From: Sphagnum compactum
Lineage: Eukaryota
Length of the DNA: 64,000 bases
Assembly: GCA_965153455.1 (NCBI GenBank)
Contig: OZ234493.1
Coordinates: 18,094,213 to 18,158,212, forward strand
Direction: 5' to 3'
The position numbers and the translations under genes are program-made. Each line of letters begins with the position of its first letter. Position 1 is the stretch's first letter. Positions 52,285 to 64,000 of this stretch are shown in pieces. The notes under the pieces are model-generated. The model had not been told where the DNA came from. It did not search any database and worked only from the letters and a program-made list of their open reading frames with translations.

Positions 52285-53150
52285 TTGAATGGCCACCTAG
52301 TTGTCCATTTCCAGAGGAGAAAGGAGAAATTGAGTGGCCACCTTATTATCCTCTACAAAAAAACAAAATTCCAATTTTTTCTTTGCCCGGGTATTCAAGA
52401 AAATTGGGCGGCCGTCTACTTCTCTTCCTAAAAGAACTTGAAAATTGAACGGCCACCTAATTTTCTTATACAAAAATAATTTCAAATTTTTTTTTCCCAA
52501 ACATTTAAGATAATCGAGCTGATTCACCTCTTTTTAAAAGATCATGAAAAGCAAGCGGCCACCCAATTATCCTCTTCTTAAAAGAACATGAGAATTGGGC
52601 AATTTTATTTTACAAAACAAAAATTCAAGTGTTTTTTAATTTTTTGTCTTGGGCACTTAAAAGAATCAAGTGGGCACCCAATTCTCCTATTCTTAAAGGA
52701 ATATGAAATTCAGGTGGCCCTTTATAGAAAGAAATTCAAGTTTTGTTTTTTATCTTCTACTTTAAAAACCATGATAATTGAGGAGCCAACCGATTATCCT
52801 TTACAAAAAAAGTTCAAGTTTTTTTTGTGTCCCAGGCATTCAAGAGAATTAGATGTTGTACCAAAAAAAAATCAAGTTTTGTTTTTGTCCATGGCACTCA
52901 TGAAAATCAAGTGGATGCTTGATTCTCCTTTTCTTAAAAGAACATGAGAATTGGGTGGCCACCGAATTCTCCTTTACAAAAAAAATTTCAAGTTTTGTTT
53001 TAGCATGGGCATTAAGGAGAATCAAGTGGCCACTTGATTTTCCTTATCCTAAGGAGGAGATTCCTTTCTTTCAGAAGAAAAAAACACAAGCAACTGTTTG
53101 ATTCTTCTTTCCTTGAAGAAGGGAAAGGCAGCCACATAATTTTTCTTTAC
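52285..53150. repeat. Degenerate satellite with GTGGCCACC cores inside the Helitron
   Basis: About 12 occurrences of (a/g)gtggccacc/gcggccacc-like cores followed by attctcct/attatcct and tacaaaaaaa..ttcaagttt. Confidence 0.7.
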
Positions 53151-55329
53151 TATAATGGCTTATAGAAGATAAAATTACATTGAGATGATTTTTTAAAAAA
53201 CTATAATTGTTTAAAGAACAAAAATTCTAGTCCATCACATACTAAACATAGAGTAGAATTTGCTACTAAAAGTGAAAAAATAATATTATATAAATCATTG
53301 GAATTCTTCTTTCAGTAAAGAATATGGGATAAAATCTTTGGAGTATGCTTGTTCAAATAACATATTGTAATTTAATATGGTAAGGTAAATAAATATATGA
53401 AAAACCTTTGTAAATAAAGTTTTATAACTTTCTCCACACTAATCCATGGTCTTTAAACATTGAAAAAACAATTAAACCCCTTTCTTGGTGCATCTAATGT
53501 TATAGAAATCAATGGAATTGGAGTAAATATGAGCAAGGTATGGTTTATGGAAGTGAAGGGGTGAATGTAAGGTTTAGGCACACCAAAAAAAAATTGTTTT
53601 AAAGCTTAAGATGTATATACATTGGTCTGATGCTTTTGCATTTCAAAGATCATTTTAAAAGCTTCAAATTTAACACCCTTAGTTTTTTAAATCACTCAAA
53701 ACAAATAAGAAATGAAAGAGATATATGGTTTGAAATAAATGGGTATAATTTATTTTTTTCATATTTGAATGAAATTTTCTTCTTATTATTTTTATTTTTT
53801 ATTCTTTGTCTTTTTTTAAAGTATTAATTCTTTAAATTACTACATTTTCCACAACATTTTATATTATGCATTTCTTATGCATTCCATTCTTTTTGTTTAC
53901 ATATTACGTGTATGTGTGTGCATGGTTTATTTCTTTATTGATTGATCTACCTTTTTTCCACTTTTTTTGTTCATGTTCATATGTTCATTTACCTTTTCAA
54001 TTTAACATATTTTTTTTTCAAGTAATTGCGGTGTTGTCCTTATTTAGCCTTGTTGCATTTCCATTTGAAAAAGTATGTGGAAATTGTCATGTAACGGATG
54101 TCATCATTTCTCCAATGAGTGGTGTTCATTGTAATGTGTTGTTCAAAATCAAAAGTTCAAGAATTAGACTTTCTTGGTGGTTCCATTACAACCAATGATG
54201 AACATGTGTTATTAGTTATTGAGGGCAAATGGTTTGAAACAATTGTGCATATGATGACAAAATTTAATTTTTTAGATTTGTTTCATCTAAAATAAGTTCA
54301 ACTCCTCATTTCAATTGACATTCATGGTAAATATTGATTGTCAACCACATTTGTCCTTGTTAGCTTTCAAGAAAACATCCAATAATTTATTCCACAATTG
54401 GAAACCAATTTGAAGGATGAGGGTTTAGTTACTCCTTTGGCAATTATTCATATTAATAATGTTTAACGTAATGTGGAGCACAAAACTTGATTTTGATGAA
54501 TTAAAGTCAATTTCTAAACAAAACCCTTTTAGACATTAAGGTTGATAGTTTTTATTTTGACCTTTTTATAGTTAATTTTATTATATGAATATTTTATGTA
54601 TGTGGAAACTCCCTATATCAAAATTTTGGTTCGAATAGTCCTTGTTATATAATAATTTTCATAATTTTTTTCTAGAGGAAAATGAAAGTTCTTATACATC
54701 AATTTACATCAAGAGCCCAAAATAATTTTAAATGCAACATTTTTGTATGTGAAACAATTTTTCAATGAAAGTAATTTTCTGATGTAATTTTTTATTAATT
54801 TATTTTTTTCAATGTTAATGATTTTTCAATTCAAGTTTTTTTAATCTAAGCAATTTTTTCATATAAATAGTTTTTCAATGCAAGGAATTTTCCAAAATAA
54901 AAAAATTTAAATAGTCTTGAATGAATAATTGAATTTTTTTTTGAAATTGTTTATGTGGGAACCATGCTTTTGTTTATATAAATATACATTAAATTAAAAT
55001 TCATAATAATGGAAACACCTTTATTAGATCTTGTTGATTCATCATTTGAACATGTATTACATTCATATGGCTTTCATCTAGTTTCAACATACAAATATGA
55101 AATAAGCAATTGTTTTTTTTATTCTACATTTTATTTATTGGATAATCATTTATCATCTATTCAATTGAGGCAAAATAACATGGAAAATTTTAATGACATT
55201 TATTATTGAATACATAAAAACTCAATAATGCTGTATTCAAGAATTAAAACTAGGTTTTTTGTTTGATATACATCAAAACATGGTCACATATGAACATTAA
55301 TATGTGACAAAAATGACATTAAGTGTTAG

Positions 55330-55926
55330 TATGGGAGGTTTGTGGGGAGATTTCATTGCAATATTTTGGATAATTGAATATTTACAAAGGCTAATTTACA
55401 TTTGGAACAATTGACATTATGCATTATGCCTTGATGTGGTTTGGATTTTCAATCTATCCCTTTACATATAACATATAGTTCTCAACATTTGAACCAATTC
55501 AATATGTTAATGGTTTATTTAGGTTTTTGTGTACTTTTCAAATTAATGATCCCAAAATTACCATAAATTTAGATGATTTTCCATCTATTTTAAAATGAAT
55601 GGTGCAATAATTTCCTATTTAATTCTTACAACTAATTATGCGTTTATATTGGAATGAAAATTTTGATTTTGCATTAATGGACATTTTGAAGATAATTGGG
55701 ATTTTCCATTGGTGTATATCGTTTCATTGTTCAACATTTCTTGTAATAAAAATATTCTAAAAATAAATTAATTTTTTATTCAATATTTAGATTTGTTTTT
55801 GAAAATGACACAAATGTTCCTATCAATGAGATATGTTTAATCTATTCACTTCAATTTCCCTTACTGAAGTTTAAGAAAATCCCAAAATTAAAATGGAACA
55901 TTCCCATTTAATTATGGAGCCTAATG

Positions 55927-55961
<35 letters not shown>

Positions 55962-57150
55962 CTATTTTAATTTTTTATTACACACTTTATGACAACAATA
56001 TTTTGAATTATTAGAGTTTTGTAAAAATTTAATTTAGTAAAAAATATCCTAATTCATTAACATGTTTCCAAATATTAAAATAACTACATCATAAATTATG
56101 AATCACGTGAAATATATATACAAAAAAATCACAAGAATCTTTCATAAATGACAAAGTTCAATCATCATATGTTCAATGCATATTAAAAGAAATTAAATAA
56201 TTAATTCCCACACAACAACTTCTTATGGGACATGATGTTCAATTGAATAAAATAGAACATACTGTTAATATAAAGGAAAATACACACAATTCAATGTACA
56301 TTAACATTTATAATAAAAAAATTCAAGATGTTCTCATAATTCCGTTTTTTAGTTGTGAAAGGTTATGTTTTTAAAAATAACTTAAATGTTTTTCAAATCA
56401 ATTGTTAATGCAACTTTCTATATATTTTCAAATTCAAATAAAATCTAATTCAACATCATACATGTGTAAAAGTTGTTTCCATAATATTAATGAAAATAAC
56501 CCACCTTTATATCATGGGGTCCTTTCATTAAAACTTTACACACACTACATGCTCTAAGATTAAATCTCCCAAATTAAAAAAATAATCTCTAATATGTTCA
56601 TATAACCAAATTGATATGAATTGACCTTGTCACATGTGTAAGATACTACGATCATAAAATATCTTATTTTCACAAACTTATTGCAAAATATCATTATCTT
56701 TTTGGAGATATATATATTTGTCACTGAATTCCAAAATCATGGGAACAAACATGGCCATGGACTTTTATGAATAAATAATGCATCTATGGATGGAGTGCAT
56801 ACAAATGAAAAAAATTAACCTTTTACATACATGTATATTTTTTGTGATGTATCATTATTACCAAAGCCATTGCAAAATGCACAACAACATCAACACACAC
56901 ATACATGTAAGAAAAAAACCATGTTGCTTATAAATTTCATTACCCATTGCCTTTTATGCATGAAACAAAAATATTAAAACCTCTTCAAATAAATGAGAAT
57001 TATCCATTTTCACAACAATACCTTTATATAAAAATATAAAATATTTCAATATTTGAAAGATTAAAATGAAAATGAAAATATATCATTTTTTGAATATTTA
57101 AAAATTTAAAACCTTAATAAAAGTACATATATATTAAATTTGAGAAGTAA
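55330..57150 (+). pseudogene. Helitron Rep (HUH endonuclease) relic
   Basis: LI*IDLVTCVRYYDHK (~56610; cf. DPVTCARYFDHR), VTEFQNHGNKHGHGLL*INNA (from 56720; HUH motif EFQxRGxxHxHxLLW) and QNAQQHQHTHTCKKK...KFHYPLP (~56872-56950). Confidence 0.85.
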
Positions 57151-57689
57151 ATTAATAAAGTCGTACATTTTGTAAAAACAAATTCCTAAAAATATAGTTG
57201 AAACCTTATAGGTTTATAGAGGATCAAACATTTAAACCTATTCTAGTTAAATTTGGTGATTTTTTATCAAAATAACGAGTAGAGGTGAAATATTTTGATA
57301 ACTTGTCTAACCAGTAGCAGGTTGAAAAAACTTATTCTAACTTGTTAAAAGAGGAATCGATTGAGATTATTCATCATGGTAACCTGTTTGTCAAGGAACC
57401 AGTTCAAACCAACAAAGATAATGAAATAAATGATCCATGTCCTAAAATTCCTATAATAAACATAATCAATATTGAACGCTATGATTTACGATTTGACTTT
57501 GTCATTTAATCACATAATGGATCAAACCAAAAATCACAATGTTTTAAAAAATGAAAAATTCACAAAATCAACAATTCCATGATGATGCAAAAATTTGAAT
57601 ATCATAGTGTAATTAAACAATTAAATGAAAAAAAGATTAATATTTGATGATGTTATGCATAAAAAATAATTTACCTTAATACATTGATA

Positions 57690-59510
57690 TATATATTTTT
57701 GACATGGGTGTTAGAACTAGTAATTTTTAAAACTAAAATTCATAATTCAAGGATAATTATGATTATACAATAGAAATAAGTCTTATAATTTAACAAAAAC
57801 CAAGGCTTTACTTATGGCATTAACAGTTAAAACCACTTTCAATATTAACGGTTTAATAATACATTCAACATTTAACATACTTGTCCCATAATCTTTAATT
57901 AGTTTACCAAACTTATCATTAAATTCATTAAATAGGCTTACATGTTGATATGAACACTTACAACTTGTTGTGATAGATGAAATATCGCTTGTTGGTGTTA
58001 AAATGTTTATTGTTGTTAACCCAATTTTTAAGTGTATATAGTAACTAATTTATTTAACTAGTAACTAGTAATGCATTTTGATCGAGGATATTTTAATTTT
58101 CTAATTAATAGGTTCAAAAGACAACCGATTTGCTACAAGAACTTGCAACTGAATAGTTGCAGTAATTGGTTGCTTAATAGAACAGGAGAATTTAAACTTG
58201 TGACCAACAATTTGTTTTAATTTTTGAATTGTATTAGCTAATGACTATTTAAGTTACAACACTATGAGTTGGTATAGTTAGGAGGATTTGAACATAGAGA
58301 GGATCTGAATTCCTTTCCATATTTTTTGTGTGTAACTTTTGGAAAAGGTTTGGGATTTAAAAATCAAGATTGCTGGAAACATTTTTGAAGATTGTTTCCT
58401 TTATGTTTTGAGAATGATAGCTTGAGATTATTCTTTTTTATGCATAAACAAGAAACCACAATTCTTTTTTTTTTAGATGTTCAAAATTGGAGCAACTTGT
58501 TGATGCAAATCAGTAAACCAAAGTTATAAACTTGAAAGGAAAAAAAAACCATATAGGGTAGAAATCACCCTTAACAAATATTATAGATAATAGGCTAAGG
58601 TCCGTAAAACACATTCAAAACAAATTCTTTGGTGGTGTTAATGTTATCATGACATGTGATTTCTATCAAACATCCCATGTGAAAGATAGTTGGATTTTTC
58701 AAAATATAAAAAATAATGTTAATACATTAGCACCAAATTTTTGGCAAACATATGTTTAATGTTATGAATTAAATAAAGTTATGTAACATTCTAATATGGT
58801 CTTTATGCAAACTTTGAACAAATTTTGTATTGTAACATAAAATACAAAGGATATTCAATTTGTAAATTCAATTTGTAATCGATAACCACCCAACAATTTC
58901 ACTATTCCATATTTATTTTATACAACTAAAATTGTGCAAAAATACAATGAAAATGTGTTCACTAACACATTAGGTCCCACATTTATTTTCAAAGCAATGG
59001 ACATTAACGATCAATCATGTTCGCAATCTTATAAGCATTTAAATGATTCAAGTAAAATTACAAATTTGCATTTTACAATTCATATAAAAAAAAGATAAAT
59101 TGGTTGAATTATGTGTTAGTAATTATGCAACATTGATGGTCTTGTGAATGTAATTGATGGCATTTTTAAAGCATTAACAAAATATTGTGAAAAGAACCAT
59201 TATATGGACAATGTTTCAAAATAATAATATTCCATTATATGGAGTTTTAATAAGAGAAAAATATAGTCATTATTATGACAACAACATTGAATCAAAATGG
59301 GCACCAATTGAACCTATCATCAAAGATATACGAGTTAGTAAATCTTAATCATTTATCATAATAATAATTTAATTTCCAATTCAATTTACAACAATAAGAA
59401 CCATCCATCGTTCGCAAGGATTATCACTATATGAATTGGTTTTTGATCCCATCAACTTTAAAAAACACGAGTTAACATATGCAACATTATCCCACATCTA
59501 AACAAAATAA
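57690..59510 (+). pseudogene. Helitron Pif1-family (SF1B) helicase relic, split by a solo LTR
   Basis: LLMALTVKTTFNINGLIIHSTFNI (~57808), VIDEISLVGVKMF (57970-58008), IDNRLRSVKHIQNKFFGGVNVIMTCDFYQ (from 58583), YELNKVM (~58763) and FPIQFTTIRTIHRSQGLSL (~59373-59430). Confidence 0.9.
58014..58576. mobile_element. 563-bp solo LTR inserted in the Helitron helicase
   Basis: Begins TGTTAA and ends TTAACA (TG...CA, perfect 6-bp inverted ends). Flanks ATTGT and AATAT are each one mismatch from AATGT (5-bp TSD). Excision restores M-F-I-V-I-D-N-R-L in frame. Confidence 0.8.
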
Positions 59511-59629
59511 AATAACTGCTCTCCAATATGAAAATTTTAATTATGTGAATCCAAAAATACATATAAAACGAATATATTGAAAAAAATAAAATTGGATACC
59601 ATTAATTCTTCAATTTAAAAGTTTACATA

Positions 59630-61030
59630 ATTCTCATGTAATTATATAAGCCTTGAATACAACTTCTTTCTGCCAACATTACAAAGACATCAATCATGAT
59701 CATAACCTTCAAATGTCTCATATCTTATGTTTTATAAAAACAAAAATACACCATGCATCAACAAATGTGCATAAATTTATAAATTCATTGAAGTTTTCAT
59801 AGATTTCAAGGTAGATGTAAGCTACGGTGGCTCATTTTTGTGACGAAGTGATGTTTTTTCCTTGGGTACCCTTTATTCAAATGCATATGGTGATTAATAT
59901 ATATTTAGATCTACTAATTGGTACTTGGATTTAGATTAATAATTTCATTATGAAGTGAAGCATATAATTATTTACTGATAAAAAATTCATTTGTTAGTAA
60001 TAATGGATTTTTAAAGTTGAAAAATATGAACTGATCATTTGATTAGGACATCACAAAATATAAAAATAATATTGATTCACATTCCAAATTTGTTATTGGG
60101 ATTCAATATATAATGTAGTGCAAGATGATAAACTCATATGAAGAATCTTGTTTTTGAAAACTTTAATAATTTAGTAGTTAGGGTATTTTAAATGGTTAAA
60201 ATTTGACCATATTTTCATAAGTTCATATGAGTTACAATTTTTGTTTGTTTTTCAAATGTTTTGCCCCAAAAGCATATTTTTTGAAAGTTTTAGATGGGGC
60301 ATTATTTTTATGGATTTTGTGGGTTTTCCTTTTAAGACTCCAAATTAAAAAAATAACATCAACTACATTAAATACAAGTTTTCATATAGATTTGGGAAGG
60401 TTTGTAAAGAATTAAATATGTATTATTCAAATATTAAAATAAAAAAAATAAAAAAAATAACAACCATGTCCATTTGGATCATTTTAATGAATTTTGTATG
60501 GACTTGTAAAATGTAAAAATTGTTAAAAATGAGCCACTTGACTGTGCATCTACCCTTCAATCCACGATGGTCATGAGTTAATGATGATGTATGACATACA
60601 CATGCATTTAAATTCTTTCCATACAATAACTTGTGATGGTTTAGAATATATAACAACAAATTTTAATATTAATACATGAAAAACAATACATATTCTATGT
60701 GTGTATAAAACTCATCCATGTTTAATTTTTACCATCATAAACAATCTTCAAACTATAATTCAACATTCTTTCGAACATTGTCCAATCATTATTATGGGAG
60801 ATTTTAATGTTGACATTTTTTTAAAAATCAAACAAAAAAAACAATAACTATTAGATTTCATGGATAAATTCCAATTAAAATCACAATTTAGTGAAAACGC
60901 CATAAAAGTTGGATCTTAATTAAACCATATATGGGCAAATGTCCCTAGAAATGAATGCAAATATGGTGTAACAAAATCATATTGATCAACTTTTCACAAA
61001 GTGATTTATATTACACAAATTACCAAACAC
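59630..61030 (+). pseudogene. Apurinic/apyrimidinic (EEP-family) endonuclease relic directly downstream of the helicase
   Basis: LNTTSF..HYKDINHDHNLQMSHILCFIKTKI (~59653-59750; N and D.LC..ET motifs), HILCVYK (~60688), PIIIMGDFNVDI (60782-60817), and degenerate DHIW / SDH-like motifs (~60924-61010). Confidence 0.8.
59809..60556. mobile_element. 748-bp TIR MITE with 3-bp TSD (PIF/Harbinger-like) inserted in the Helitron endonuclease
   Basis: Left end aggtagatgtaagctacggtggctcattttt; reverse complement of right end agggtagatgcacagtcaagtggctcattttt. Flanked by TCA/TCA. Excision restores I-S-I-H-D-G-H-E-L-M-M-M-Y in frame. Confidence 0.85.
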
Positions 61031-61744
61031 AATTCCAATGTATAACAAAAGACCATTAATGTCTCCATTTCTTTAAAGTGTAACATTTGTGATTATATGA
61101 ATGTAAATGTTGCATTTTTCATCTAATTAATTATTCCCAAAATGTTGGCACCTTGTGGTTTAAATTTGTATTTTTACATTGTTTTTCATGGACCATGTGC
61201 AAAAACAAAATCATAAATATCAATAACAAGACAAACAAAAATTTGGAAGATTTTCTTATCCACACATACACCCATCAACCACAATAACAAAACACCTTTC
61301 ATTGAAAACCTCAGACCCAAAAACAAATATAAGAGTTGTCAAATTCTTAAACTTAAAAATGAAAATGAATTAAAAAAAAAAAATTTCCATCTAAATTATA
61401 TCCATTCAATATTGATGTTTGTTTCAAACATTGAAATACCTCATGCACATTGCTAAAACTTGTTTACATTAGATTTTCTTGAACAATATGATTATTTCCA
61501 ACTTTATATTCATTTGTATAGTTAAAAGAAAGATTGTGGAACTATGGTTTCAATGTCTAAATATGCACAATGAATTCTAAGAGAGTTAGAAAATTTTGTT
61601 TCTTAATATAAATGCGAGAAAAATATTTTCATGATCTTTCATAAAGCCAACAAACATTCATCCAATGTAATTTGAGTTCATAGTAGAACATTAAATGCAA
61701 TACCTTATTTTTAGGACATAGCCTCCCGTGGTAGAATCACTTGT

Positions 61745-62180
61745 TTTGTTTCTTTGTCTTGTGGAGATCTCTCAAACCACAACACTCCCAACAACTCTTT
61801 TGATTTTGAAAGAAAGCCGTCAACGATTGAGAATGCACCAAGATGGTTTTGTAATGTTTGTGTTTATGGTGCAAGAATGATTGAATATTGCAAAATATTG
61901 TCATTGAAAATTCAAAAAATCAAAACTAATTTGTTTATAGGGAAATTGGGGCACACTTTTGACAATGTTGGAAAGCCTTTGATGAGTGAACATTTAATAT
62001 ATGCGATTTGTAAATTTTAGACCTAAGGTGTGAGAACTATTGAATTTTGAGGGGTTTTTCGTTTCTCTTTCAGGTTGTTGTTGAAGATTCAACTAAATTA
62101 TAAAAGTTCATTTTGGAAGGAGAAATTAGATGGGTAAGGGGTTTGAACACACTTGGGCCAATGGCACAGGCCACACGAGT
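61745..62180 (+). mobile_element. Short non-autonomous Helitron-like repeat
   Basis: Ends cttgggccaatggcacaggccacacgag|t: a short GC-rich hairpin-like segment followed by a CTAG-like (CGAG) terminus. Confidence 0.45.
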
Positions 62181-62808
62181 GTGGAGCAAAATGCAAAAAT
62201 TTCAACCATTTCAACTCTTAGACCTCATAGCCAACATTTTGTCAACAAAGACTTTGCTTTCTTATATTGCTGACTGTGTGTGTGTATAATAAGCACACGG
62301 TGCAAACTTTAGGAACTTTTGTACCTGACAATCAACTTCAGCAGCAAATCTCACTCTGGGAGCATTACATAATAAAAGGGTAGCTTGTCAAGTTTTCATC
62401 AGAAAAAGGCCCATTGCTGCTTTGCTTTGCTTTGCAGAGAGGGAGGCACTGGGTAGGGTTCCCCTTCCTATCCACTTTGATGTACAATATAGTACATTCA
62501 CGCATATGTGTCATTATGCTCAAGGCAAGACCGCAATGAAAAAAAAACACTAAATGGCCAGCAAAGGGAAATGGTCAAAAGCTTACACTTCTCTCGCTTC
62601 ACCAAACTTTACAGTTTGTGTGATTGCACTGCAAACTATGTCGCCGTGTGGGCACACTCCCCCTCTCCCCACACCCCCCCTCCTCACACCTCTCCCGGGG
62701 GGAGTTTGAGCCTTTTCCCGAACATAAGGGGGATTACGGTGCCATAGGCCAATCAGACTTGACCTCTTTGACAAAGTCAATTGCATATATGAGAGTTCAA
62801 AATCCATG

Positions 62809-63153
62809 TCAGATTCCGATGTTGTTCTTATACCCAATGTCATGAGCTTTCTGACTTAGTTCGCATCCAAAGCAAAGAAGTCGGTCTGTGTCCCTGTAGA
62901 GCTTTTATCTTATCTTTGATAAACTTGGTGGATTGGGTACAAAGTAATATATAAAAAAAATGTATTAAGTTAAGACACCATGTGCAGGTTGACATAGGAA
63001 GCTTCAAACTAGTATTGATCTGCCGAGTCAAACAACTAAAGGCTAGTTAAAAGATATGTTTAAAAGACTCTAGTAAGTTGGAACAACCCACCAACCCATG
63101 TGTGATCGGGGGATGGTGTGCATTCGTGTAAGAACATAAAGCTTGGTTGCCAC
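62809..63153 (-). CDS. Probable last two exons of an unidentified gene that starts beyond the window
   Basis: Exons 63096..63153 (tttgcag| ... |gttggt) and 62809..62893 (tctacag| ... TGA) join in phase: (G)GNQALCSYTNAHHPPITHGDTDRLLCFGCELSQKAHDIGYKNNIGI*. Confidence 0.5.
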
Positions 63154-64000
63154 CTGCAAACCCCCTGGCAACTTTGGTTTTAGAATGTGAGTTTACAAGC
63201 CCTTCAGAGAGTTCATGTGACAAGATGTGCTAAGCCATATTTAAAGACTAAAAAATATGACATAGGATATAGCCAAGAACTGAGGATCACAACACACCCC
63301 TCCCCACCCTTCTATCTCATCCTAGGCCCCTTATTGTGGGAATACCCCACCCCTCCCCCCCCTTGTGGTCTTACCCACCTCAATGTAAAACACAAACCAA
63401 ACGTTATAATAAGCCTATATATTGGTTGAATATAAGATCGAAGTGGGAAGGATCTTATGCTTACTATTTAGGAATGGGAGGGACTTGACACTTAAAGAGC
63501 CTCTCCTAAGATTCGTCCTATTCCTAGATAGTAGGTGTAAGGCTCCTCACATTCTTACATAGTAGGTGTAAGGTCCTCTCTTCTTTGTGAATAGTCGGTG
63601 TAAGATCCCTTCTCTTCTTCTTTTTTCTTTTTTTTTAAGGAGGGAAATTCACGGATACAAGGTGCCCTTCGAAATACACTCCGAAATTTCTTGGAGTGTA
63701 TTTATTCCTACCCTTCTTACATACAGCTAAGGATTCAAACTGACGGAAAGTGAAAAAGTTAAGGTTGGTATTTTGATATTCTAAAAGACTCCTACTTTGA
63801 CAAAGATTGTATGTAGCTTTAAGCTACAGCCTTCATGTGTAAAGTGCACGTTCATGCATTGGCAGTTATGTACCAGTGTTGTGCAATTCTTTTTTTTCAA
63901 TAAATAAATAAATAATTGATTAATAGAAAACTAATTCATTTTACTTTTATGAAGGCCGGCCGGCTTAAAAAATACCTATTTCATTTCCAGTTTAATACAT

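Larger units (their letters stand above)
49833..61745 (+). mobile_element. Decayed autonomous-type Helitron (RPA-like OB gene plus Rep-Pif1-AP endonuclease); boundaries tentative
   Basis: Candidate 5' end A|TCTATCTATTAAGG at 49833. Internal domains are listed separately. The candidate 3' end near ..aatcacttg|t (~61743) is degenerate. Confidence 0.7.

Noticed and set aside
53866-54400. Possible captured gene fragment inside the Helitron (…CGNCHVTDV…)
   Set aside because: Too short and degenerate to assign without a search.

Overview
Eukaryotic, intron-rich plant nuclear DNA, most likely a moss (gene set and repeat landscape suggest Sphagnum; this is inference). I could reconstruct four genes with phase-consistent splice models: a single-exon DUF1644 zinc-finger gene (+, 2244-3500) behind a long multi-intron leader; a LONGIFOLIA/TRM-family gene (-, 6 coding exons, ~1723 aa) with two internal repeat blocks I cannot assign to a family; the core snRNP protein SmE (-, 6 exons, 88 aa); and a CLoG1/AT3G12590-like gene (-, 16 exons, ~1298 aa). 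The last two exons of an unidentified Cys/His-rich gene probably lie at the right edge. Intergenic space holds decayed transposons: a hAT transposase, two CRE-like non-LTR retrotransposon 3' ends with restriction-like endonuclease motifs, MITEs, and a ~12 kb Helitron relic with an OB-fold/RPA-like gene, HUH Rep, Pif1 helicase and a C-terminal AP endonuclease. That relic is interrupted by a solo LTR and a TIR MITE whose removal restores the local reading frame. Two unusual tandem arrays are present: a 41-bp array with an 82-bp higher-order period, and a palindrome-rich 58-bp array next to the CLoG1 5' end. I saw no rRNA, tRNA or CRISPR array. All homology calls come from motif recognition by eye, not from database searches.
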